Assembly: GCA_964344785.1 (NCBI GenBank)
Contig: CAYFOR010000003.1
Coordinates: forward strand, 1 to 61,416
DNA length: 61,416 bases
From: an uncultured Piscirickettsiaceae bacterium
GTDB taxonomy: Bacteria; Pseudomonadota; Gammaproteobacteria; GCF-002020875
Direction: 5' to 3'
A program made the translations under genes and the position numbers. Every line of letters begins with the position of its first letter. Position 1 is the first letter of the stretch. Of this stretch, positions 1 to 9,000 are shown piece after piece. The notes under the pieces are model-generated. The model was not told the origin of the DNA. It made no database searches and saw only the letters and a program-made list of their open reading frames with translations.

Positions 1-314
1 ACGACCTATTTCATCGTTCTCCTTCGGTTACTTTTTTTGTGAGTCAATTCGGTTGTTGCTCCAATCACTTGACATGACGGAATCGGCTGACACAATAACA
101 GTAATAGCGGTAATTCTTACCCTGTACCGCTATTGCTGTTATGAACCTTTTAGTCTCTTTGCTCTAAGTTGTATAAGGGTTCACTCATGCCGATGGGATG
201 TGGCAGCATCTCATCGGCCACTCTTTTTCTCCCATGGCAGATTTATCGGCAGATACCGCGTCAAGTTGAGTATTTTCTTGTCTGATGCGGATGTTTTTTG
301 CACCATCCACCAAT

Positions 315-349
315 AAAAAAGCCTCACCACTCTGCCATAGTGGTGAGGC
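315..349 (-). terminator. Rho-independent terminator-like hairpin downstream of the envZ-like gene
   Basis: Perfect 11-bp stem gcctcaccact (321-331) / agtggtgaggc (339-349) with a 7-nt loop. The A6 run at 315-320 becomes a U-tract directly after the hairpin when read on the minus strand. Confidence 0.55.
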
Positions 350-521
350 CTGTGAACATGACTATATTGCTACCGTCTATGTTTTTGAGACAAAAGTTAT
401 TGTGTTCCGGATGACTTGATTCACTTCAGCACCACCAGATACACAGTTACTTTTATCGAGCCGTACAAGCAAAACTTTAGGCGATTGCCGGAAAAAACCA
501 TCCCTCTGGTACCGCACTATC

Positions 522-1817
522 CTATTTCATTCTGACAATGGCAGATAACCCACCTTCCGGCCGGTTTCTCAACAGTACCTGCCAACCATTCATCGATGCC
601 AGATTCTTTACAATTGCCAGCCCCAGGCCACTTCCGCCCCCCTGTTCGGAGCGTGATGGATCAATGCGATAAAAGGGCTGGAAAGCACGTGACAGATCCT
701 GTTCAGGCATCCCTGGTCCATGATCATGGACCGCAATCTCCACTCGCCCCTGAATGCACTGCAATACCAATTCGACCACCTCTGTTCCACCATATCGCGA
801 CGCATTATCAATGTAGTTGGAAAGTATTCGCTGCAACGCCGTGGCATCCACCACCCGAACACACGAAAAGGATGGACGCACCCACCGCAGTATCACCCCA
901 CCCCGTTTCTTGCGCTCGACTACACCATCCAGCAGCTCGACCAGATCAACCTCTACCGGATTCACCTCATGCTCTCCCCGAGCGTATTCCATCGCCTTGC
1001 TGATGAGGTTATCCATCACATCGAGATCCTCCACAACCCCGTTCACCAGATCACGCTCCGACTCTGCATTGAGCATCTCGACACTCAGCCGCATCCGCGC
1101 AAGAGGGGTTTTCAGATCATGGGAGATACCAGCCAGAAATGCCGAACGGTTCTCGGTCAACTCCTGAACACTCTTCACCATCCAGTTGAAGCGACGTACC
1201 AGCGTAGAAAACTCCGTCGGCCCATGCACGGGTAACGGCAGTGGATATTCCCCCATTCCCAATTCAAGTACTGCCGCCTGCAGCTCATCAATCGGCCTGA
1301 CCAGCCATCGTGAGAGAAAGTAGACCGAGGTTACCGAAGTGGCCACAACAAGGAACAGCACCAGCAACAGTACCGGTGGATCGAGACACCCTTCCCGTAC
1401 CGAAGAGAACCCCACCCTCATCTTCGCTGTACGCTCAGGGTCGATGAAATCGATCCAGTAGCGCCCCTGCCCTGGCGGTGTATCCACCTCCTTCCATATC
1501 ACCACCGGTCGGCCGGTTTGTTCGACCAATGCCTCCTCGACCAGATACCAGAAGGGAATCCTCCAACCCGCAGGCTGTAGTGCCAACGCCTCGGTCTCTT
1601 TGACAAACTGATGGCGACTTGTCGTACGGAGATTGTTCTCGGGAGAGGCAAACTCCAGCAGCTCCACTACGAAATCATCAACCTGCAGCTGAACATTGGG
1701 AAACACCATCTGATTGAAGAAGATCACCAACGTAGTGACCTGCAGAAGGAAGGTCACCACCCCGACCAGCACCATGGTTCGGCTGTAGATACTGTGCGGC
1801 AGAACCTTCAGCGACAC
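522..1817 (-). CDS. envZ: Sensor histidine kinase, EnvZ-like (2 TM, HAMP, HisKA, HATPase_c)
   Basis: 431-aa ORF with GTG at 1817, 3 nt after the ompR-like stop. Two hydrophobic segments (MVLVGVVTFLLQVTTLVIFF; VLLLVLFLVVATSVTSVYF), H-box AGISHDLKTPLARMRLSVEML, N-box NYIDNASRYGG, G-boxes DHGPGM and GGSGLGLAIV. Confidence 0.8.
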   Translation of the reverse strand: MSLKVLPHSIYSRTMVLVGVVTFLLQVTTLVIFFNQMVFPNVQLQVDDFVVELLEFASPENNLRTTSRHQFVKETEALALQPAGWRIPFWYLVEEALVEQTGRPVVIWKEVDTPPGQGRYWIDFIDPERTAKMRVGFSSVREGCLDPPVLLLVLFLVVATSVTSVYFLSRWLVRPIDELQAAVLELGMGEYPLPLPVHGPTEFSTLVRRFNWMVKSVQELTENRSAFLAGISHDLKTPLARMRLSVEMLNAESERDLVNGVVEDLDVMDNLISKAMEYARGEHEVNPVEVDLVELLDGVVERKKRGGVILRWVRPSFSCVRVVDATALQRILSNYIDNASRYGGTEVVELVLQCIQGRVEIAVHDHGPGMPEQDLSRAFQPFYRIDPSRSEQGGGSGLGLAIVKNLASMNGWQVLLRNRPEGGLSAIVRMK

Positions 1818-1820
1818 CGC

Positions 1821-2525
1821 TCAATCCCGATCTGAAAAGAGGTAACCTACTCCCCTCACCGTCTTGATGTATTGGGGATGGTGCGGGTCCTCCTCAATTT
1901 TCTTGCGGATTCGGGTGATCCGTACATCAATACTTCGATCAAACGCCCCCTCGACCCCATCATCCAGCAGATCCAGCAGTTGATCACGGCTCAGAACCCG
2001 GTTTGGTCGAGTAACGAGGTGACGCAACAGCTCAAATTCACCGCTGGTCAGCTCAACCCGTACCCCCTCCCGCTCCAGGGAGTAACTATCAAGATCCATC
2101 GTATAGGGCCCAAAGCGGATCAGCGACTCATTTGAATCATCATGCTGCTTTTCCGTGCGGCGCAACACCGAGTGGATTCGTGCCAGCAGCTCCCTGGGGT
2201 TGAATGGCTTCGGTAGATAGTCATCCGCACCCACCTCAAGGCCGATAATACGGTCCACCTCATCGCCTTTAGCACTGAGCATGACAATGGGAATGTCCCC
2301 CGTCTTTCTCAAGCGGCGCGCAATGGACAGTCCATCCTCACCGGGAAGCATCAGGTCCAGCACAATCAGATCCGGGGTATAACTGGTGAGCAGCCGGTCC
2401 ATCGCCTCTCCATCCTCCACACCCTCCACATGAAAACCCTGCTCACCGAGATAGCGCAGAATCAGCTCCCTCAGCTTGCGGTCATCATCAACAACCAGAA
2501 TACGGTGTGCAGCCGTTTGAGTCAC
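1821..2525 (-). CDS. ompR: OmpR-family response regulator (receiver + winged-helix)
   Basis: 234-aa ORF, GTG start preceded by GGAGGGG. Receiver motifs ILVVDDD, VLDLMLPGEDG, KPF. The C-terminus SIDVRITRIRKKIEEDPHHPQYIKTVRGVGYLF closely parallels OmpR as I recall it. Confidence 0.85.
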   Translation of the reverse strand: MTQTAAHRILVVDDDRKLRELILRYLGEQGFHVEGVEDGEAMDRLLTSYTPDLIVLDLMLPGEDGLSIARRLRKTGDIPIVMLSAKGDEVDRIIGLEVGADDYLPKPFNPRELLARIHSVLRRTEKQHDDSNESLIRFGPYTMDLDSYSLEREGVRVELTSGEFELLRHLVTRPNRVLSRDQLLDLLDDGVEGAFDRSIDVRITRIRKKIEEDPHHPQYIKTVRGVGYLFSDRD

Positions 2526-2765
2526 CTCTTCCCCTCCAGAACGAAATTTTCAGAAACAATCAAGAAATCTTATCGAAACAGAAGCATCCTACTATTCCTT
2601 ACTATGGATGGGTGTTGGGAGGTCCCCTCCTCCTCATTACCTCCCAATGCCTGTTCATATCCCAATGAGCACCCCCTGTCCAGACACTCAATTACCCCCA
2701 TCAGAGTATGGCTGACCAACCAGTTGGGGTCTCAACTCTCAACCACTCAGAGGTTGCCTAGTTGC

Positions 2766-3164
2766 CTACGATGAACTCAGCGCTTCACTAACCCGGACAA
2801 GACGCGCCCTGGCCTCGGTAGCCACCGGCTTCAGTGCGGCCAGATCAGAAAGCCCGAGGAAGGTATCCGGGTCCAGAAACTCCACCGCAATGGTTTCATC
2901 ATCCTGCTGACGCACAACCACATTACAGGGCAACAAAGCTCCCACATGGATATCGGTATCCAGCGCCTGACCCGCCAGAGGAGGGTTACAGGCCCCCAGA
3001 ATACGATAAGGACGCATATCCTTGTCGATCTTCTTTTTTAGCGTCCCTGCCACATCAATCTCTGTCAGGACACCAAACCCCTCACCCTTCAGGGCTTCGG
3101 TTACCCGCTCAACCGCCTCATCAAAACCACACGAAAGTACCGACGAAAAGGTATACATATCCAT
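2766..3164 (-). CDS. DUF302 domain protein
   Basis: 132 aa. Pattern GFGVLTEIDV...YRILGACNP...LPCNVVV typical of DUF302. ATG preceded by AGGAG. Confidence 0.7.
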   Translation of the reverse strand: MDMYTFSSVLSCGFDEAVERVTEALKGEGFGVLTEIDVAGTLKKKIDKDMRPYRILGACNPPLAGQALDTDIHVGALLPCNVVVRQQDDETIAVEFLDPDTFLGLSDLAALKPVATEARARLVRVSEALSSS

Positions 3165-3250
3165 CTCCTATAAACGTTACAGACCATCATCTTCGAGGTA
3201 AATACTGTATCATTGCAGCCGCTCGATCACCAATAGCGGAACCTCTTTCT

Positions 3251-5089
3251 ATGTGCGGAATTGTCGGTGCAATAGCACAAAACAACATCACCCCAATACT
3301 TCTGGATGGACTGAAACGGCTGGAATACCGTGGCTACGACTCCGCCGGGATTGCAGTACTGGATGGTGACAACCGGATAGAGCGTGTTCGCAGTGTGGGC
3401 AAGGTCGCTTCACTGGAGCAACCGCTGAAAGAGCTGAATCTCAACGGCACGATCGGAATCGCCCACACCCGCTGGGCTACACACGGGGCACCGGCTACCG
3501 AGAACGCCCACCCCCACATCTCCAACCAGCGCGTCTCAGTCGTCCACAACGGCATCATCGAAAACCACAAGGCACTGCGCACCTCTCAGCTTGAGCAGGG
3601 ATTTCGATTCACCTCAGACACCGATACCGAGACCATCGTCCATCAGATTGAGTACTACCTGCAGCAGGGGTTGCCACTGGACGAAGCGGTGCGGAGCAGC
3701 ACCCATGACCTGCAGGGTGCCTATGCGCTGGGAGTGATCAGCCCGGACAACCCCGATCTGCTGGTTGCCGCCCGCCTGGGCAGCCCATTGGTCATCGGTC
3801 TGGGCGAGGATGAGAACTATATCGCCTCCGATACCGCCGCCCTGCTGCCCTACACCAAACGTTTCATCTTTCTTCAGGATGGCGATCTGGCAACCATCCA
3901 CCGGGGTCAGGTCACCATCTATGACAACAGTGGAACCGAAGTCGAGCGGGATATCCTTGTCTCCTCACTCACTGCCGATGCCGCAGAGCTGGGCCCCTAT
4001 GCCCACTACATGCTCAAGGAGATCCACGAACAACCCAGTGCCATTGCCGAAACACTGGAGGGAAGAATCCGCAACAGCCAGGTGATGGAGGGGATATTCG
4101 GCCCTGAGGCAGCGACCATCTTCCAGCAGAGCCGACAGATTCAGATCATCGCCTGCGGCACCAGCTATCACGCCGGAATGGTGGCGAAATACTGGCTGGA
4201 AGAGCTGTTGCAGATCCCCTGTTTTGTCGATATCGCAAGCGAATTCCGCTATCGTCATCCGGTACTGCTGGAGAACACCCTGACCGTGACCCTCTCCCAA
4301 TCCGGGGAGACTGCAGACACCCTGGCGGCACTGGCCGAAGTCAAAAAACGTGGACACGACCAGACCCTCGCCATCTGCAACGTACCGGAAAGCTCACTGG
4401 TTCGCGAATCAAAACTGATGCTGATGACACATGCAGGTCCCGAGATCGGCGTTGCCTCCACCAAGGCGTTCACCACCCAACTGGTCTCCCTGCTGTTGCT
4501 GGTGCTCTCCATCGGCAAGGAGCAGAAAAAACTGAGTGAGGCACGTGAGCAGCAGATCGTCGAATCACTGCAACAGCTCCCCCGTCAGGTTGAAAATGTA
4601 CTGAACAGCGAAAAACCGATCCAGCAACTCGCCAGCCACTTTGCCGACAAGAAACATGCCCTCTTCCTGGGGCGCAACCTGATGTACCCGATTGCGATGG
4701 AAGGAAGCCTCAAACTGAAAGAGATCTCCTATATCCACGCCGAGGCCTACCCCGCCGGAGAACTCAAACACGGCCCCCTCGCCCTGGTTGATGCACAAAT
4801 GCCGATTGTCGCCGTAGCACCCAGCGAGATATTGATGGACAAACTGCACTCCAATCTGGAGGAGGTTCGCAGCAGACACGGACAGCTCTTTGTCTTTACC
4901 GACACCAGCTCACACTTTGAGAACAGCGAGCAGATTCATACCCTGGAAATCTGCGAGCCAGTGAACAACATCACTGCTCCGATTTTGTTCACCATACCAC
5001 TACAGCTACTCGCCTACCATGTGGCAATTATCAAGGGAACGGATGTGGATCAGCCGCGCAATCTGGCCAAGTCGGTTACTGTGGAGTGA
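3251..5089 (+). CDS. glmS: Glutamine--fructose-6-phosphate aminotransferase
   Basis: Start taken at ATG 3251, giving MCGIVGAIAQ (Cys2 nucleophile of class-II amidotransferases). SIS-domain region follows, and the C-terminus is ...DQPRNLAKSVTVE. The ORF-track extension back to 2834 overlaps the DUF302 gene and is discounted. Confidence 0.95.
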   Translation: MCGIVGAIAQNNITPILLDGLKRLEYRGYDSAGIAVLDGDNRIERVRSVGKVASLEQPLKELNLNGTIGIAHTRWATHGAPATENAHPHISNQRVSVVHNGIIENHKALRTSQLEQGFRFTSDTDTETIVHQIEYYLQQGLPLDEAVRSSTHDLQGAYALGVISPDNPDLLVAARLGSPLVIGLGEDENYIASDTAALLPYTKRFIFLQDGDLATIHRGQVTIYDNSGTEVERDILVSSLTADAAELGPYAHYMLKEIHEQPSAIAETLEGRIRNSQVMEGIFGPEAATIFQQSRQIQIIACGTSYHAGMVAKYWLEELLQIPCFVDIASEFRYRHPVLLENTLTVTLSQSGETADTLAALAEVKKRGHDQTLAICNVPESSLVRESKLMLMTHAGPEIGVASTKAFTTQLVSLLLLVLSIGKEQKKLSEAREQQIVESLQQLPRQVENVLNSEKPIQQLASHFADKKHALFLGRNLMYPIAMEGSLKLKEISYIHAEAYPAGELKHGPLALVDAQMPIVAVAPSEILMDKLHSNLEEVRSRHGQLFVFTDTSSHFENSEQIHTLEICEPVNNITAPILFTIPLQLLAYHVAIIKGTDVDQPRNLAKSVTVE

Positions 5090-5432
5090 CTTGAATTCGA
5101 CTGCGTACATTCTTCCGCGTAACCAGCAGATCAGGCACATCATCCTGAATAATGCTCCACAAAATATCATCATCCACACCGAGATAGCCATGAATCATCT
5201 GATTTCTTGCAGCGACCACCTGTCTCCAGGGGATCTCTTCATACTGAGTTCGAATTTCATCCGGAATATGTGTCGCCGCCTCTCCAATTAGCTCAACATT
5301 ACGAACAGTCGCATCATAATTGAGCCGACTGGCGATGAATTCCTCCTTGGAAAAACCCTCACTGTAGCTCATCACACGCTCAGCAAACTCAATCATATCC
5401 TCCAGATAGAAAAACCACTCCCGCTTAGACAT
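5076..5432 (-). CDS. hepT: HepT-like (DUF86) toxin of a type VII HepT/MntA toxin-antitoxin pair
   Basis: R-x4-H-x-Y motif present as RNQMIHGY. ATG 5432 chosen (the ORF runs to 5450), giving an 8-nt overlap with the upstream nucleotidyltransferase gene. The 3' end overlaps the glmS 3' end convergently by 14 nt. Confidence 0.8.
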   Translation of the reverse strand: MSKREWFFYLEDMIEFAERVMSYSEGFSKEEFIASRLNYDATVRNVELIGEAATHIPDEIRTQYEEIPWRQVVAARNQMIHGYLGVDDDILWSIIQDDVPDLLVTRKNVRSRIQVTPQ

Positions 5433-5715
5433 AGACAGCCTCCTGCTCAACGTAGGGTCGTAGTTCAGGGCGTAACGCCTTCTCGGTCACCAGATCTACC
5501 CGGCACCCCAACTGGTCTTCCAGGTAGAACTGGACGCCAAAAAAATGTTTCGAGGTTGCCGGACCATCAAACGCAACCAACACATCTACATCACTCTCCG
5601 GTTTGGCTTCATTCCTCACTGTCGAACCAAAAAGTGCCAGACGGGTCACAGCAAAACGCTCCATCAACGTCTGCTTCGATGCCTCCAAAATCTGCACTGT
5701 ATTTTCACGGTTCAT
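5425..5715 (-). CDS. mntA: MntA-like nucleotidyltransferase antitoxin
   Basis: GS-x10-D-x-D motif present as GSTVRNEAKPESDVDV. ATG 5715 chosen (MNRENTVQ...); the ORF runs to 5775. Confidence 0.8.
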   Translation of the reverse strand: MNRENTVQILEASKQTLMERFAVTRLALFGSTVRNEAKPESDVDVLVAFDGPATSKHFFGVQFYLEDQLGCRVDLVTEKALRPELRPYVEQEAVYV

Positions 5716-5789
5716 CTCACTATCTCTATACAAATCATAAACCACTCGCAATCGCTCTATCCAATGCATCAACACCTATTAACATACCA

Positions 5790-6007
5790 TCCCATTACCC
5801 ACCCAACACCTCCATCAACCACTTCATCATTTCCTGATCCGGCCACAGGCACTATGATCTGGTGGAGGCAGTGGATGACCCGCAGTGAGTGCAATCCCCC
5901 CTTCTGCTGATACCAGTGCATAAATTGGGCGAAGTCACGTCCCGATGCCTCAGAAATACAGGCAACAAAATTCTCTACCGTAACCACCTATCCATCATGG
6001 TGCTTTT
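5790..6007 (-). pseudogene. Decayed fragment of an aminopeptidase N (pepN) paralogue
   Basis: Nt 5898-6001 align gap-free to pepN 10607-10710, with 87 of 104 positions identical by my hand count. The translation HHDG*VVTVENFVACISEASGRDFAQFMHWYQQKGG parallels PepN RHDGQAVTVEDFVACMAEASGRDLSQFMRWYQQKGT, with TAG replacing CAG. A possible weaker continuation (HQIIVPVAG vs HHIPVAVG) follows an apparent deletion. Confidence 0.75.
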
Positions 6008-6008
6008 C

Positions 6009-9000
6009 TTAGTTATCTGGCTGTATAGCTGATTCTATGGGAACAGGTGGAAGAAACAGAGGTGGTGGTGGGCTGAACACCGGAGGCGGTGTTAATGGCA
6101 CAGGAATTGGTGATGGTACTGGGGTTGGTAAAGGCCCTGGCATTTGTTGAGGAAGCTCCGGCAGGGCCCTTGGCAAAGAGGGAAGGGAAAATGATCTGTT
6201 CGGCGGTCTAAAGCCTTGACTTAGGTTGTATAGAATTTCCCGTTTTTTGCTGATTGGTGCGTAATAGATTCGGATATTACGGAATATATCCGCTCTATTT
6301 GTTGGTTTGCACCTATAGTCCAGAGAGTTTTCTCTCACACTTGCGCTCCAGAGACCGCCCACAGCTAGTTGGCGACGATGTTCCGGGCCTGAACGCGTAC
6401 GCCCCTCACTATTCATGTTTGCAACGGTCGGCACGCGAGTAAATTGGTAGACGGTTTGGTATTCTGATACTGGATGGCTCAATTTGAAACCAGTCGTGAC
6501 TTCCACTGGAAACATGGCTGCGCTGGATTTCAAGCCAAATCCAATTCCGTTTGCGTGGTCAAAACAGGCTTTTCGAGAAGGCTTAGACGCTGAATTGAGA
6601 CATTGATTGTATTTGTTGACCGCGGCGGTATTGATCGCGGTTTTCTGTGGGCTGAACTTGATTGGCTTGATCCACGCATTGTCCAAACGAGGTTTGATCA
6701 GGTAGGTACTGGTTAACCATCCAGGACGCAGTGGCGGATTGAGTTGGTCTCCGGTGAACAGGTCCCCCAATTCGTAATAGGATAGTGTTTTACCTTCTTG
6801 ATCGGCTAAATGTGGTAATCGACCTTGATGGGCAAGCCGAATGCGCATATCAGAAACAGGGTATGCTGTCGGCCTCTTTTCGTAGGCCTTATAACCGAAA
6901 TAATCAATGGTGTGGGTGCTGAAAGTTTCGCCACTAATAGCGTTATTGTGATCTTTGGCGTGTGCCCAAAAACCATAACATGCAGCGATAATGCCACCGT
7001 TTCCGGGGGATGGCATGTGGCTCAGATTGAACATGCCTTCAGTGTCTGTTGTGGTGCGCCAGCCAGGGCTATGGCCGGTCAAGAATTTTGCCTGCTGTTC
7101 CACTTTATCCAACACCGGAACAAACTCTTCGTATAACGCTAACCAGCGATCTTCATCCTCGGCAGTCCGTGTTGCTTTCAAGTCGGCCAAGGGCGCCATC
7201 TGTTTGGTTAACTCAATAAACCGCTCGGCCAGTTTTTCCTCTACCGAATAGTATGCAGCCACCCCATACACTTGAGCCTCCTCGACCGGGATATCTTCTC
7301 CAGTCTCTGAAATGGTTTTCGGGACAATGACTTTTCCAGCGATCTTGAGTCGAGAAACCAGTGATGTACCCGGTTGCCGATTGATGATGTGGTTTTGATC
7401 TACTCCACCACGGTTTGGATTTTTTTGACCTTCATAGGCAAACCACGTCCTGCCATTATCGTTGAGTGCTGCTCGTGAATCCGGTTTGGCGTCAAGACGC
7501 ATGGCATCTCCATTCCATGCGTTGACTGAAAGCGTTAGTTCCTGGTTGGAGTCTGGTTCCAGGTTCAACGGAACACGCTCTACGGAGAGTTCCCAGTAAT
7601 CACGCACACCCTGTTGAGTATGCTGTATCTCGGTGTCCCCCAAGGATACTTCTCTCAATGCAACCGGTTGCGAAAATGTCAGTTGAATATTGGTGTCCCG
7701 AAGGGCCTCTTGCTTCAGCATCTCCTCGGGAATCTGATTTGTTACCTGTTGTAGGCCAGGACTGTTTGCTGAATAGCGCCCCCAATCGAGAACTTCGTCT
7801 CTCTGTTGGGGTGGTTGCCAGGACGCTTGGTATATCTCTTTACCTGACGACTCAATCCTTACCTTTTCCAGAATCGGCGGACCACCCACTGAAAAACTCC
7901 AGTCTATTTCGGTGCTGTTGCTAACATCTCCGTTCACCGCGACCAGATCAACATACAACGTCTCATCCAGATCATTGGCAAATCGTGGAATGACGTAGGA
8001 ACCGGGAGAGATCTCGGTAACACGACGCCGGTCAGGAAATCGACTGGAGTGTTCGACGAACGCAAAACGCACGGCGCCCGGATCTTTGGTAGTCACTGAA
8101 ATAAACAACGGCTTGGCCTCCGATGCATGCGCCATTTTTTCAGCCGGTACCCGTTGGAAGTAGGCCGCGAATGAAGGAATTCGGACCGTTTCCGGCTGTA
8201 TCTTTCCCGTTAGACTATCGTACGTTTCGTGGCTAAATGGTCCGCCTATGGTTTCACGTGGTCTCTGTTTTACAACCTCTTTCCCACGTTTGAGTGCATA
8301 GGGTTCAGGCCCGGTTAACAGATAGCTCGCGAGTGTCGCATCCAGAAACAAGTCCGGAAACGCACTGTTCGGCGGTGCGTGACGCTTTAATACATTAACC
8401 AAGTGCTGTTTAGCATTTCCTGAAGTTAACTCCGGGCCAAGTAGCTCTGCGACAAGGTTGTTTCCAATAGCCAGGTTTTCCGTCCACCATTTGAATAGAA
8501 CGGCACTGCTATACCAGACGTTCTTGTTACGGTTGTCACGTTGGTGATCCAACCCGATAAAAGGCGTTTCAAGCGTACCCCACTCTCGCCACCAAGCGTC
8601 GTGTAACCGAATGGGATAACCAATATGCGGATCGGTAGGAGCGTGTATTTCGTCTTCAGACCAGGTTGCCGTGCTCTCCAATAGCCAGTTGAGTGGTTTG
8701 GAATCTTCAAAGCGTGGAATATCTTGAAAGATATGAAATACCTCATGCGCGATAGTCGACCGCCGGTCTGCTGACGAAAGGTTATTGGGTAGGGCTATGT
8801 AAGAACCACGAGGCCAGCTATCCAGTGCAGAACTAAGCGTAAAATCCTGTACCGAAGCCAGTACATCCTTGGCAAAGCGGTCAGGTGATACCACGAAAAC
8901 GGAAATCAAATGCTGTTGAGCAAAACTGGCGTCTGGAAATCCCATTTTTTTTATGCGAGAAAATGAGAATTCCAGTTCCGCCATAAGGTCTGTGATGTAT

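Noticed and set aside
53-316. 87-aa ORF in the left-edge region
   Set aside because: It has a TTG start, no Shine-Dalgarno, Cys/Phe/Ser-rich non-protein-like composition, and spans two strong hairpins. The region is more likely non-coding.
2834-3250. Long N-terminal extension of the glmS ORF (751 aa in the ORF track)
   Set aside because: GlmS must begin Met-Cys (MCGIVG at 3251). The extension is Pro/His/Arg-rich, has no motif, and is antisense to the well-supported DUF302 gene.
8945-8952. A8 homopolymer (and an A7 at 7420-7426) inside the 1082-aa gene as a phase-variation switch
   Set aside because: The tracts are short for slipped-strand switching and are expected in a lower-GC gene with Lys-rich segments. 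No evidence of variable length is available from a single sequence.
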